Origin: Ancylonema sp.
Lineage: Eukaryota
Assembly (NCBI GenBank): GCA_050230475.1
Contig: JBFLGF010000053.1
Coordinates: 1-64,000 of the forward strand
Length of the DNA: 64,000 nt
Direction: 5' to 3'
The position numbers and the translations under genes were made by a program. Of the stretch, positions 13,383-27,172 are shown in pieces. Under the pieces are notes generated by a model. It did no database searches. It worked only from the letters and a program-made list of their open reading frames with translations, and was not told the origin of the DNA. The first letter of the stretch is position 1. Every line of letters begins with the position of its first letter.

Positions 13383-14219
13383 CCTAGATAGCACAATACG
13401 CAATACACTATCAATACGTTAGGGTCACAATGCGCCGTATTTCGCGTATTGGAAATTTTCGCGATTTGAAAATACGCGTATTGTCAATAAATATGCGTTT
13501 TTCCACAATTTTATACCCCACACATATCCGGAAGTAGGATGGTAACATCGGGTGCCTAACCTATATCAAATTGGCCATCAAATACGGAGGCATTTATCCT
13601 TGAAATACATGATAGGCGAATGTTTCACCAATACATGAGCACTTGTTTTTTTTTTTTGGTTCGTGCGAGAATGGGGCACTCATCTTCTCTCTTCTCCAAA
13701 TTTGATTGAATTTGCACACGTTTTATCAATCTCAACTCCCTTTTCATTTTTACGAGTTCCAAAAATAGATCGACCGGGGCTTCCGTATTTACTCGAGTAA
13801 GGTCATAAAAAAAGTGGAATGCTAGAATCAAATAACGAATGCAATACTTAAATCCAAGAAATAATGATTCACAATAACAATTCAATGAGTCCTACTTTTA
13901 ATTCTACTCATAGTTTTAGTGCTCCTACTCCTAACTTGAACTTGGACGGTCGGATGAGGTTTACAAGCGAGAGTGAAAATGGTTTTTGCCGTGCGATGTA
14001 ACATCGAATAAATCTCACTTTCTCTATTTCACTTTCAAACGACGTGGACCTCGCTATGTTGTTTGCCTCCGAAAAATCAGCCATACTTGCAGTTTCATAC
14101 CGAAAATTAATACAAGTTCAAAATTTAGCGTATTGTTAAGCGTATTAATAAGCTGAGAGCACAATACGCGTATTTAGCGTATGATAACTCAGCGTATTGT
14201 GCGTATTGTGCAACCCAGG
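13383..14219. mobile_element. hAT-like non-autonomous element
   Basis: Imperfect 20-bp TIR CCT(A/G)G(A/G)T(A/T)GCACAATACGCA, many AATACGC/GCGTATT subterminal repeats, and TCTAGG on both flanks. Confidence 0.65.
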
Positions 14220-16252
14220 TCTAGGGTATCTGAATGAATGATTATGTAACTTGGTTGTTCCACAGATCAATTCTTCCACTCAATTTCCTTGTTTTTTGGT
14301 TCCACAACAAGCGTGTGGGCCAGGGTAAGAATATTCAGGGCTTTAAACTTCCTGCATTGATCTTTATTACGGTGGCGACCCTTGCAATACTCACACAATG
14401 CATCAAAAATGTATTTCTTTGTATAATATTGTCGTGGTCGTGGTTTGAATGGTTGTTGGTTCTATTGCCTTTTGTCCTACAATTTTGTGTAAGTTACTGT
14501 CAAGTAAATTGATACCATGTCAAAATATAAAGGAAATACATTTTTGGTATTTGCCTTAAATCTAACGTGCCAAAATCGTCTTATAATTGTGTCGGAATGT
14601 AAATATTTCCCCATTCCGTCAATTACGTCACGTTTCACGGTAGGAGTTACGTCAATGTATGAATTGCGCCTTGGAATTCTGACAAACTCCCCAATACATT
14701 TGGCGGAAAGAAGTCGGCATAGAACTCTACAGAAAGATATTTTGCGTGGCCATAGTTGATCTCCGCAAAATTAGCAAGAAAACAATGAAGCCCTATCCTT
14801 TGTGAGCCGATTTGCGACCATAGAAGACGGGTTAAAAAAAAACAACTGTGGGTTTATCTACATGAAGAGGCATCTAGATCATCTATCTATCGAGTTTATG
14901 CAACTTGCGCCTCAACGGCTTGAATGTGGTATGCGAGTACTGGAACTCAAATACAATCAATCATTCTATTGGTGTTGTGGCTAACAAATGATTGAAGATA
15001 AGACGATGATACATTTTTCATGCGAATGAGTTTGGCTACTTGACAAGAAAACAAAAATAGGGAACCCCGATATTATCCATCTTGACGGATGCTCTCTCTC
15101 AATGTATGCGTAATATTCGATTGCATGTGCAACCGAGTGTGTGTGCGGTTCGACGTACATTGGGGTTCTACTATCCTACACTCTCTACGGTTACAAAGCT
15201 AGTTTTTCGTTACATTACTACGTTGTATGGTTGTCTTCATAAGATTGTCTTATTACCACCTCTCCATGCCTAACAAAATTAGCGATAATAATACTCCACA
15301 ATTTCTAATTTCTATGTAAGAAATATTGAATGATAACAAGTTTTTGGTTTTCTACGATCTTTCACGTGTATCATTTTCAATGTTGTGGTAGAATGTCCCC
15401 CCCCCCAAAAAAAAGGTTTGCGCATCGCACAAAGCCCCCCTTTAGTACAACTCAAATCGTTAATAGAGTCAAAACATAACGATTCACTCTTTTGCAACTG
15501 TAGCTCATGCTCCCGGAAGTATCTATGAAACTAACAGGGGCCATGGTCACCACACATTAAGACGGCTTCGTACAACAAAATATAGCAGACTCTTCGGAAT
15601 GAGTCTTCCACTTCAGAGTCTATTAAGTAATGGAAAGCATAACTTGTCACCAAAGTTTGTCTAATTGGTTCGCCGGTTAAGCGGTTGTCACCAGAATTCA
15701 GTCACACTTTCCCATGCCCTCCGTATTTCTTCTTCGTATGACCAACTTTTAAAGGGGAGCAAAATGTTGTACCCATTGATGGATGCTTAGGTATCCTCTT
15801 TGTAACGAACCGTCTATACCATACTTGTTTAAACACGATCTCGGTTGCTTATCTACCAAGAAGGCATACAGGAGGTATATACGAAATGTGCCAAGGCTTA
15901 CTGTCACTCAGCCCAACTTATAATTTCATGTACGGCTAGAAAGGTGCCCAATCATAGGGAGTCGCACCCCGCAAAGTCACCCCGCGGAGTCCATGAGAAG
16001 TTTGAAAGGAGTTTCACTGCCCCCTAACAACCAAAAAGGCACAACAGGCAGAGGTGAGACTAACAAACGTGAAAACTGCTGCTGATAGCATGACACCGCA
16101 AGAAAACAGATTCAAACGGTACATTACGGTAAGGTTGGCAATGACTTCAAACGGGACTGAAGATTCAAAATGGAATATGCCAAGCGATGGCCAATCTATT
16201 GATTGGTTAAATCAGGTAACTTGTACCTTCCGAGCATCATGGTGAAGACACC

Positions 16253-17188
16253 TCAATCCTCGAGCACTTTGACTTTTTCCGTACTGCCAGGTGGCACTGG
16301 ACTTCGTTCTGCGGGTCCTGACCCCAGCCCCTCCTCCGGTTCTGACGTCACCTCCTCCTTGTCTGACGCAATCCCACCCCCACTCTCTTTCAACTTATTT
16401 TGTAACGCTGGACCACTCATCTCGGACTCCCCTGAAGATTTATCGCCCTCTTTGTCGCTTGAACTTTCTTCCCAGTACCCTGGTTGGGTGTCAGGTTCGT
16501 CCGCATGCGTCCCCTCCTTCGCCATCTCATTACGCACGTTTTCAAATTGGCTGAATGTGGAGCTCTCCTTCTCCAAGCTATCGCTCTCAACGGTAGCAGA
16601 ACGTTTGTAGGGACACCCCTGATTTCCGTCTATGCCACTCTCTTCCGCATGCTGGGTGCTTTGGTGGTTGTATGTGGGTACGACCGAGTGAAGATTGCAT
16701 CTCAAGGGGGCTACCTGGGTTGGAGTTTAGGCGGTAAACATTCAGAAGCTATCATGTAACGTGTGGGCGTCACAAGTGGTTCGAAGGTAGAACAAACAAG
16801 GCACACCAATTTTTTGTTTTTCCTTAGACAGATATTGAAAATCTCTGCATGCTACCATACTATGAATGTCTGATTGTTTATTTTTGCGTGGGATCTTGCT
16901 TATACGAAACTGCCCCTCTGCTGATGTGCCATGCCACAAAGCAGAGCAGGAAGGAGTAGGTAATATGTATGTGGGAAAAGCATATCAAACGGCTTATTGT
17001 TGAAAAGAATTTATCACTTGGCATGATAAGTTCTACTACTACTAGCAGCTGCGTTAGTATTTCGGCACACAGACACCTCCATTCACCCAGTGTCTGGAGT
17101 CTGACGCTGGTCCATCCCAATGATGAGTAGGTCGCTGACGTGATACCCGAAACTTCATCCGGGCAACTCGACTAATGACGCGCTGCAT
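16253..17188 (-). CDS. Putative two-exon orphan protein (17188-17087, 16714-16253): basic N-terminus, acidic disordered C-terminus
   Basis: Phase-0 TGG|gtgaat ... cccag|GTA join gives 187 aa. N-terminus MQRVISRVARMKFRVSRQR is presequence-like; exon 2 is E/S/G-rich. No family recognised. Confidence 0.4.
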
Positions 17189-17573
17189 TTTCTGGGGGCG
17201 ATTGTGGCTGCACTGGTAGCGATAATTTCCTCAGCGGTAAACGCCGAGATATCCTTTCACTGATTACGCACTGCGCAGGAGAAAGAATTCTCGCAACTTA
17301 AACTCGTATTTTTTCCGAAGCCTGCAATACTGTTACAGAGATAGGTTTTTTTCACACCGTTTCATCTTCAGAAAGAAACACGGATTTCGCATATGTTATT
17401 CGATGCACTCCATACTTGAGTGAATCTGAGGACGTTTTCCAGGTCATGCGCGACGGTCATCATTTATCCTTGCCACGTGACCGATTTCTGACACGTGGCA
17501 GGATACAAAATTTGCGTGGAGCCTATGTGGGGGTAAGCCGGAAAATAAATCCGGGGATACCCGGGGTTATTTA

Positions 17574-17989
17574 CAGAAAATTCTTGATATAGTGACACTC
17601 GATATAGTGTCAATCACGATATAGTGACGTTGTGAAAATTAATAACCGCCCAAATCTAATAGAAAATAATTAATAATAAATTGATAACCTGTCTGAATTA
17701 ATAAGTTATACATGTCCTGGCATTATAACTTCAGAGAGGTTTTATTGTAGCGAGTGGATATTAGAACAAACGCCATATAGATTACCTACCTCCTTTAATA
17801 AAAACCTCTCCGCACCCGATTTGGTTGCTCAAAATAACCTAAAATTCACTTTGCTTCGATACGGTGACATTGGCTCAATGTAGCCCTATCAAATGTCATT
17901 ATATAGTGTATAGTGACACCACACGCATTCGATATAGTGACATTATTTTCCACTGTCTATAAAATTGTCACTATATCAAGGGTCTGGTG
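17574..17989. mobile_element. Tc1/pogo-type MITE with GATATAGTGAC subterminal repeats
   Basis: TA|CAGAAAATTCTTGATATAGTGAC ... GTCACTATATCAAGGGTCTGGTG|TA. The same end recurs at ~37090-37216. Confidence 0.7.
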
Positions 17990-18032
17990 TACCCGGAATT
18001 GTTTTGCCGGATCAAATATTACCCCGGATATA

Positions 18033-18521
18033 CAGTACCGGCCAACTTTAATACCCCACCAATTAATTATTGGTGGCTGGGGTGGGGCAAGGAAAACAAT
18101 TCAATTCGATTGCGGGGTATGAAGCAGGTTCGGTGATTCGATTTATGGGACTTTTGGGGTATCTTCCTAAAATTTCGCCAGCCGGAGTAACAACAACGAC
18201 AAGCTCTAACAAACCGGGATTTCTGTCGGGGTCACAATTCTGGGCGCAGTTCAATTTCGATGCGCGGTTGTCAACTACTACAGACCTAACTAGATAAAAG
18301 GGCTATTATTGTGTCAATTTACGGTCCAACACAAATAAAAACCCGTCGTCGGGTTAGGATATTTAGTCGTTGTGGTAATGTAATCAGTCGCTAAAAAATT
18401 GGGTTGGGGCAAGGAGGTGGGGTAACAATAACTAATTATTTTTGGTTGGGGTGAGGGGGTAGGGCGTGAATAAACATATCGTTTGGGAAAAGGGGTGGGG
18501 TATTAAAGTTGGCCGGTACAT
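18033..18521. mobile_element. Tc1/mariner-type MITE
   Basis: TIR GTACCGGCCAACTTTAATACCCCACC / GGTGGGGTATTAAAGTTGGCCGGTAC with TA flanks. Confidence 0.75.
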
Positions 18522-19721
18522 TAACGCTTGAAATACCGGGATATAACCAAAAACTACCGGAACTACCCCAAAAATACCCGGATACATTCCCCAAATAACC
18601 TTACCCGCCTTGTAATACCTTATTATCCGGGCCATTCTCATCTACCCTAAAATACGAGAAACAGCCTGATGTAACCCGAAATAACTCCATTTGTACTACG
18701 TAGTATTGCTCATAAGTATCTGTTGAGATATCTAAGATATCACACGTCTCAACGGTCTGGTGTACATAACTACTTAACGCTAAGGGCAAGTTGAAAAATG
18801 GACTGTAATACTGAAGTCGTGGAAAATACTACAACGCAAACAGAATAGTCTGGTGCATACTATTAGGATCAAGAGCCGTAAGAGTCACTTAACCCAGGCT
18901 TTGGGAGGCGGGTTCAAAAATGTTTAACACCTAAGGATTGGGATTACGGGTTAAGGGTTACCCAGGTTAAGGGATGGCCTCCACTCTAGGCCTATGGGCA
19001 TCGAAGGTCGGGCCTATAAATGACAGTCCACCCTTTATATAGGCACCCTATGTACATGCATACCCTCTATAAATGTACCAAATGCGGCAAACAAAAATCT
19101 TGGATAGTATGGGTTCTACCCTCTTAAACGGCACACCCTCTATTAAGTGACCAAAATATGACCAACGCAAAGGGGACCCATGAAGAGGGTGGACTTCACA
19201 TTCATCCCTAGACTTAGCAACAGTTGATGCCTTAATTTCCCTCCATCCTTGATATGATCTAACTTTTATAGAAAAACTATGTGATCACCAACACGCCCAT
19301 AAAACTTCAATCGGGTATCGTTCTTTTTATATTGTTTGTAAAAGTAATTATGTTGACACAGCAACGCACTTCCAATCCATCATTTTTGCTTTACAAAGTA
19401 TGGAAATGTGGCGATGGTGTTGTCTATGTGAAAATGACGAGTTCAATAAATGAGCGGCGGAACATTGTTGGTATGGAAATATGGAGACCTGAATATTTGA
19501 AAACCTGCTTTCAGTTGCAATACAAAATTTCCAAGTTCCGAATGGGAATTCGGAAATAGAGGATTGTTCGATATTGTTTTGAGGGAATCCGGATAGCATC
19601 CTCACGATACCGGTATTCCCTGAGAGATCAAGTTAATTGTTAATAATAAGTATTTAGGAAACGTTTATTTGAGATTTATCGGGATGCACCCCCCCCCCCA
19701 TATTTTTGTTAGAAAGGAAAT

Positions 19722-19752
<31 letters not shown>

Positions 19753-19808
19753 TGCAGGTTACCCCGTGGAAAACCTCGGGAAGTTCCACGTGACACTTCT
19801 GGGGCCTA

Positions 19809-20962
19809 CCGTACTGGCCATACATAATGACCCGCAAATAAGTATTGAAAGGGTGGGTCGGGTCAGTTTAAATAATTCATATTTTGGGGTTGGGTCACGC
19901 CATAAATTCCGAAATTTGGCGTAGTGGGTCAACATCATAAAATCGATTTTATTCGTTTTCTTGCTCGGTTTTTACGTTATATGTGGTTGGATCCCGATCG
20001 CCAAGATTCAATCGTGGTCCCATAGCGGCGTAATCGATCGTCATTGGTTTCCCTTTTACAACTTTAGGGGGGGGAATGGACATGTTGGGCAATCATTAAG
20101 TTGTTGATTTTTCTCTTTTGCACCATGCACAAGCCAACATGATAAATAACATAAAGTTTCCAGATTTTTTAAACCACGGTACAACTTTCAAAATTCCGAA
20201 ACGTATGGAAAAAACGAAAAACCAGAAGAATGTGGATATCTCCACACACTCAATTACTAGTCACTACTCACTACACACTACTCGTTCTCCATCACTATCT
20301 ACTCTTCCAATTCACCATTCTGTGTTCACGTCTGAGAGTCCGGTGCAGTCTCCAGGGCCGCAACTAGAGCCGGCAATGCACAGCACCGAGATAAGGTTTT
20401 GGAACGAAAGTGAACAGATGAACGGCAAACAAAATTGAGATGAAGGAAAATGAAAGTTATTTTTAGTGTAAAGTGAACGGATGAACGTCGAATAAATTTG
20501 AGATACAGGAAAGTGAACGGGTTTTTCAATGTAAAATGAACGGATGACCGGCAAATGAATTTCAGATAAAGGAAAATGAACGGAGTTTTTTTCGGTTAAG
20601 GTGAACGGATGAACGGCGAATGAATTTGAGGTAAAGGAAAGAGAACGGATTTTTTAGTGTAAAGTGAACGGTACAATGAAAAAAAACCCAGGAATATCAG
20701 AAAAAAATAGACGGCCGAAATGTACCCCCCCCAAGGTTTACAGTGCCATAATTAGTACAGTACTTGTGCAAGACAAATTACGTGTTGTTTTACAGGTGGG
20801 TCATTTTGCTTGCCGGGTCACGGTATAATAAATATATTTTACCCGGGTCATAATCGTGGGTCACGGGATAATAAAAATATATTTTGCCCGGGTCAAGTTA
20901 GTGGGTCACGACAAAAATTAATGGTTTTTTTTTACCCGGGTCACTATGTCTGGCCACTACGG
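19809..20962. mobile_element. Tc1/mariner-type non-autonomous element, long copy B (inverted relative to copy A)
   Basis: TA|CCGTACTGGCCATACATAATGACCCG ... CGGGTCACTATGTCTGGCCACTACGG|TA; carries ~4 units of the GTGAACGG minisatellite at ~20410-20670. Confidence 0.85.
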
Positions 20963-21584
20963 TATTCAGAATCGGCACCATATACCACTTTAGTTGCATA
21001 TAAGATCCGGTTTGGTATCGAATCGGAATTCGTGCACCTATAACCGCAAGAGCTATGCAAATATAAAGGGCACTTCTACCCACACACGTAAAAAATCTTG
21101 AATAAATGACATGACAACGTGAGAGGCACTGTAGTTTGTGCATGTATGTCTATCGGTGTGTGGGTATGTGACACGCAAGAAAGACACAGTGCGTTTTGCA
21201 ACACACTCGAACCTCAATACAACCACACTCGTTAGAGTGACAGTCATATTCCAAATACAATTTTGCGACTGGCTAATGTTTGCCCTCTCTTTGAACCTCA
21301 CTCCCTAACTGCCTCATTACATTTCCACAGTCCATTAATATTCGCCAAAAGTTACATACTCCTTTGAATCAAAAGTGCATTAATGTCAATATCCATATTT
21401 CTTTCGGGCTAGACATTATTACTCTCTAAGTTATTGACGAGCATTATATCGAAATTAAATGAAACCGAAGCTTGTCACTTTAAAAAACAATCTCCAAATT
21501 GATTCTATGAATCCAAGGAAACCAAAGACTTTACTCTACTAATTTGTCGGATTAAATCCTGAATATGGAGAAAACATACCATTT

Positions 21585-24500
21585 CTATTGCACACTTTCT
21601 ACTTTTCTACCGGGAAGCGCGAGGTCCATATCTGCAACAATAAAAGATACAATTGCCATAGCGGCTGCTCCACGTCCCATCTCTTCCGGATCCAACTTGT
21701 CTGGCGTGTCCGCAACCGAATGATGGTACCTGCGGGAGTAACCATTTCGGGAAGAAGTCCAAGACCTTGAGCATCCCATCTTTACACACATATACCCACA
21801 TCGTTGTGTTTTGTCAAATATGAAGAACCTTATTGTTGTGACTATTTTACTGACACCTTTTTTTTTTTTTTTTTTTTTGGGTACGACTATTTCATATAAG
21901 ATATGTTGAGAGAGGGATCCAAACCCTCCACAGAGTTGCTAATGTGGTCAATGTAACAATAACGAACTCGATGGGTGTCAGTGTCCAATTTATATAATGC
22001 CTTTTTTTCACAAAGTCTCTTCTTTGGTAGTTACACAGTATGGGAAGAAGCAGAAGGACCCATTCATGATATATTGCCGTGCAAATGTATACCTAAAAGT
22101 CTGAAACAATTTGTACGCACAAGGTTCTTTTTGTGCTTCTTGTCTCTTTCCGCCCAAATCAACGGCTCGTATTGGTATGTATCTCACCAAAAGTATTTCT
22201 CTTCGTGCGTTAGAAGTTCCAACGCCGTTGTCCCATACAACTATGAAAAGAAACCCGAACGAAACCCCCGTTAGTAACTCCTTACCTTCTCAACCACACC
22301 TATAGTTGTAATACTTCGAACCGCCAAGGCTGAAAGGTTTAGGGTATAAGGTTTGAGGTTTCAGGTTTGAGGTTTGAGGATTATGGTTTATGGCGTGTTT
22401 GAATGGGCGCAATGTTTCCACCGAATGAGAAGATGAGACCACCTAGCATCCGATCTCTACTTTTGGAGTGGGATTCAAAATATCAAAAGGCAACACCACA
22501 TGCATTCAAATGCTTATCAAAGCGAAAGACAACTGAAATTGGTGCCTTACATTCGCTAATGGCTCCACGTCGGTGCCTGCAAAAGTTCCATTCCGAATGG
22601 TGGTTGCTCCTAGTGGCGCCAAATAAGTTTTGGCGATTGATGCGATGACTTCGAGGGCGTCATCGGGACCGTGGAAAAAGAATCCCTCAGGGGACAAGAC
22701 TCCGGAATCGGATTCGATCGCCAAAACGTGCTTCTCCTGGCTATCATGCGGTGGGGTGAAGAACAAATGAACATAGAAAACAGACTGAGATGAAAGTGTA
22801 TATTAGTCCTTGATGGATGTTACCCACTCAAAGAGCATTTTTGTGAGGAATCTACGTCATCTCTTTGCATGCGTGCAGATCTATCCTTTTCTTGTCTCTA
22901 TTGAAAACAAGGAGGACGGGAGCTTGGCACTACTCTTCTTCAAAGCAATCATAGGTTCACGCAAATCTTTTGAGGGCAATATAGCAAATACTCTGAGGAA
23001 AGCCGTTTGATACCAACGATACTGATCTTTGTGGTTCTGAGGGATATTCTATTGCCTTTCTTTGGGAGGGTGCAAGCCCACGCCTTGTACGAAAGTCATC
23101 ATTATGGAAGTCATCATTCGTTGTACCTATGCCCCTGCGCGTAGATATCTCCCCCCAACACCCCGTTGGTGTTGCCTTCCTCCTCATTTGTGAATCCGAC
23201 CACTCGAATCTGCGGAACCACAAGCAACGATTCTAAAAGTTGGCCGTGAGACGCAACATGTACTCAATTCAAAATTAGATTTGGAAACCAACAGAGGGAG
23301 GAGGAGGAGGACCGGGTATTGTGTTGCTTTACCCACCTAAGGTACAACAACAAATTACGTTGAAATGGTACACAACCCCTTGCACAAAAGAGGCAAAATA
23401 CTTTTCCCCACCCAACGACATCAAGAAAAAAAAAAAAAAAAAAAACTCACGGTCCGTTTCGGCCGAAGCCCGAGCGCTTTGATGATGCGCAGCGCCTCAA
23501 AGCTGCAGTAGAGCCCCCCCGCGTCATCCATGGCGCCCTGCAAGAACCAGCAGCAAGCACAGCACCCTTGCTCATGCGTTGACACGTGGCGCCACGTGAG
23601 CAGCCCCCTGCCCCCTAGGCAGCCCCCCACCATTCCAATGTCCCACGAGTCAATGTGTCCTCCAATCGTGATCACTTCCTCCGGCTTCTCGCTCCCCGGG
23701 ATTTGGGCCATCACGTTGTGGGAGAGGGACGGCTCCGCGTTATAGCCACTCATCTGCCACGTGGACGACCGCATATGCCTTGGTCAGAATGTCAAATTTG
23801 ATATTTATGTACCGCAACGTGAAGGCCTTGCTAGATTTCTTGCCAATTGTCACGAGGTGGGAGGGGGGAGAGGCTGGGGGTGGGGAGGGGGGTGGGGGGG
23901 GGGTGTGGATTGACTTACGACGAGGTGCACGCGTACTGTGCTGTTGTTGCTCAGCCACGCCAGAAGATCTGTCAAGGAGGGGGAAAAGAAAGCGCCCAAT
24001 TTGATAATTTACGACAAGTTTCTCAACATAAAAAACATTGCCCTAATCATGTCTTCCAATTAGAACTCACTCCCTCTCCAACCCCCTTCAGCCTTCCCAA
24101 CCTCGCCCCCCCCCCCCCCCCCACCTGCGTGCTCAGTAGCGATGGCAGCCGCCATGATCTTGGGACTCCCGTCCAGGTATGCCATGGCGCCTGTGTGAGG
24201 GTTGCCCATAGAAAAGGAGCTGATGGAACGGACCAGGCACGCCACTGCCCCTACCTGACAACCAATGAGGGTGGGACACCTGGAGAGCCTTAACGGACAC
24301 GTGGGGAGTGAGTTTTGGGGGGCTGACGACTGTCTTTCGAATGCCTTGCGTCTTTGGGTTGCCCAATTGGACCTTCTCCCCCGCTTGGGGTTTGGGTTTT
24401 GAGGTTTGTGTACGGTTCGAAGTTTGGGTTTGAGATTCGGAGTTTAAGGTTTGGGATTTGGGGTTCAGTTTCGGTTCTGGACTTCAGTTTGGGATTGGGG

Positions 24501-27172
24501 TTCACCTTTGCAGCCACAGATGCTCCGGTGACGCGGTACTCGACCGTTTCGGCGTACGTCACAAACTTGGCGTTGAACAAAACAATCTTGCCAGAGGCCT
24601 GGATAACAAAACGGAAGCGGAAATGCAGCCGCCCTCGGGATGAATTGGGAATGGAAGCTGACCCCAACGGTACACTCATACCATGATTTATGGAAACTAC
24701 CAAAGCTGGGAAAAAGGCTTCTCATTTATTACGATACAGGTGTTTCTTACAGCCCATATTTCGAGTGTGAAGACCCTGAAAACAGAATACAGAAAACCAA
24801 GAAAATGTCTCTCATAGCAACCAGTCTCCTATAACGAGATTTCTTGTACTGTGGTACGACAGCACCACCCGCCCCTCCTCCACCCCAACCTCTTCTTTCT
24901 TCTCCTCCAGCTCGGCAAAACTGTCGACCACAAGGACTTCCGCCTCCACGCTCCCCCCCACGCTGCCCCCCAGCCCAATCATGGAGATGTTCATTGGACG
25001 GGGTTCAGTGATGAGCAAAGACTCGGATCCCCGGACCCAATGAGAGACTCCAGGGACGGGCTGGAGGCGAACTTCATCCAGGCCTGCAGAGGACAGCTCG
25101 GCACCAAACTTGGGGGGGGGGGAAGGGGGGGGAAGGGGGGGGGTTGGGTTGGGGGGTGGGGGTTGGGGGTGGGGGGTGGGGGGTGGAGGGTGGGGAGTGT
25201 AGGTTAGGGTTTGAGGTGTTGAAGGGTGGGAGGTGTGGGAGTAGGGTTGGAGGGTTGGGATTAGTCTACGAATCTACGAATACGAGTCAATATGTTATGG
25301 CCACTTACTTCCACCCTTCAAAAAAAAAAAAAAAAGAAGTAACAAATGTGAAAATAAGTTTTGGAGTTTGAGCTGTGATTTCATTTGCTACCTTGCACCT
25401 AAGTCTGGCCTGCTTGTGGCAAGTGCCTTCCATAGTTGTATCGACCAGTCTACGTACTTGTGGTGAGAACAATAATAGGGTTGAATGTATGTGGAAATAT
25501 ACTTCCTTTCATTTGCTTTGTCCTGTATGGCTCATCGTGGTAGGTCCCCTACCCACTGAATCGCGGTATCCAGTTGGGGCGTGCCGCTGAGACGAGGACC
25601 AATCGTGAAACAGAAATCTTTGACGCGATTGTGAAGAGCGACGGAGCCCTTCTCGCTTTCCCGAATGATCTGCGGCACACAGTGCACATCACATCACATC
25701 TTGTCACATCACATTATGTTGAAACAAGGGCAGTGGGTCAGAAGAAGGCGGCAGGTATTGATGGGCGCATCGTAAGTGATGTCGAGCACAACATTCAGAA
25801 TGATGCATGCATGTATGTGTCACGGTGTATAGAATCATGGGGTCGACAAAGGCAGGAGCGAAGGACGGGGGGAGGAGGGAGGTGATTCAGAATATGCCCT
25901 AAGAATATAAAGGCTAAGAATGTCCTAGTAGAGAGTGGAATGCACGAATATGCTGGGAGCTGCCAGACCAAATAGGGGGGAAATCGGGGCTTTGTATGTG
26001 AATTCATAATTTGATGACGCGGCACCCACGCGACTCTGCATACCTATGCTGGCTGGCTTTACTCAAGGTATTCTGTTTCCTTACTTCCAAACGCGCATGT
26101 CATCCTGCAGCTCACGTTCAGCCATGTATGAAGCAGTCTGTCATATTTATGAACCAGACGAATTTGAATCCGGAAGCGAATTCGAATTTGAGTCCGATTC
26201 TCACCTCCTTCGCAGTTCGCATGTAGGTCTCTTGAAGGAAATGTCGGTTTCCGTCCAGGTAGTCAATGTGAAAAGGAATTGCTCTGGAAATCACAGAGTT
26301 CGATACAACGAGGTCAGATTTCCTGCCCAATTTGTAGCAGAGCTACAAATTGGGCAATGACACAGAAATACTTCAGAAACGAAGGAATAGCATGATCATT
26401 ATCAGTCAGTGAATGGCAAGCGAATAAAGGATCAAAGGATCTCGGGAATGAAACAACCAACCAACCAGCAAACCAACCAACCAACCACGAATAAGTGGTC
26501 AGTGCCGTGGTTGGGACGAACCTTACTGACTTGATTTGCAGCAGGGAACTAATGTCCACGTTACACGTGTTGGTCCCCAGCAGAAACGCGAGCGCTACTG
26601 CCATGAAGAGAGAAATTGCGCTGAAGAGGACATACTGGCGAAATGTGGCGTGTTCCACCTGCGGTCCAGGCAGAGAGAACAAGAGCCGGTCATACACGAA
26701 TTAGCGTCAGGGAAACCCTCTTCTTCTAAGCTAATGCGGGTACGGTTGGTAACCAGATTAAGAGGACGATGTCGAGAATGCATGACTATAAGATGCGTCG
26801 GTCTGCGGGATGGAATGATCGGGAGTTACAACTCTCGGTTTGAAATCCGTCACTCATCATGAGATCAGATGACGTATACGGTGGCTTATGCAAAGCCTAA
26901 CTGTTCCGAAGCGATCATCGAGTGATGGCTCGGGCGTTGCTTCCAAAATAAGTTTACGATCCTGACGAGAACCTGATTCTGAACAAGTCACCTGCGGACA
27001 CCACTCCTCTTCAAAACTTTTCTAGCCCCGCATACCCACGACCCCATCCCCAGTGTCGCGCCATTCTGACCTTCAATCTGTCTCCCAGCCACGCGGCCTC
27101 TGCGCAGCAAGGCACTGGGTCACTAGCAACGTCCACACTCGCCAGCAGGCTTTCTTTCCCTAGCTCACCCAT
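21585..27172 (-). CDS. CPQ: Carboxypeptidase Q / plasma glutamate carboxypeptidase-like (peptidase M28, PA domain), ~13-14 exons, N-terminal hydrophobic anchor
   Basis: Ordered exon peptides GPRLSGT, HWVRGSE, GLGGSVGG, GKIVLFN, LVRSISSFSMGNPHTG, GGHIDSWD, GAMDDAGG, FTNEEEG, AIESDSG, EKYFW|YHHSVADT; all metal ligands present. First exon (27172-27071) is less certain. Confidence 0.9.
22332..22393 (+). repeat. Degenerate 7-mer telomere-like tract (GGTTTAG/GGTTTGA)n in a CPQ intron
   Basis: aggtttagggtataaggtttgaggtttcaggtttgaggtttgaggattatggtttatgg. Confidence 0.6.
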
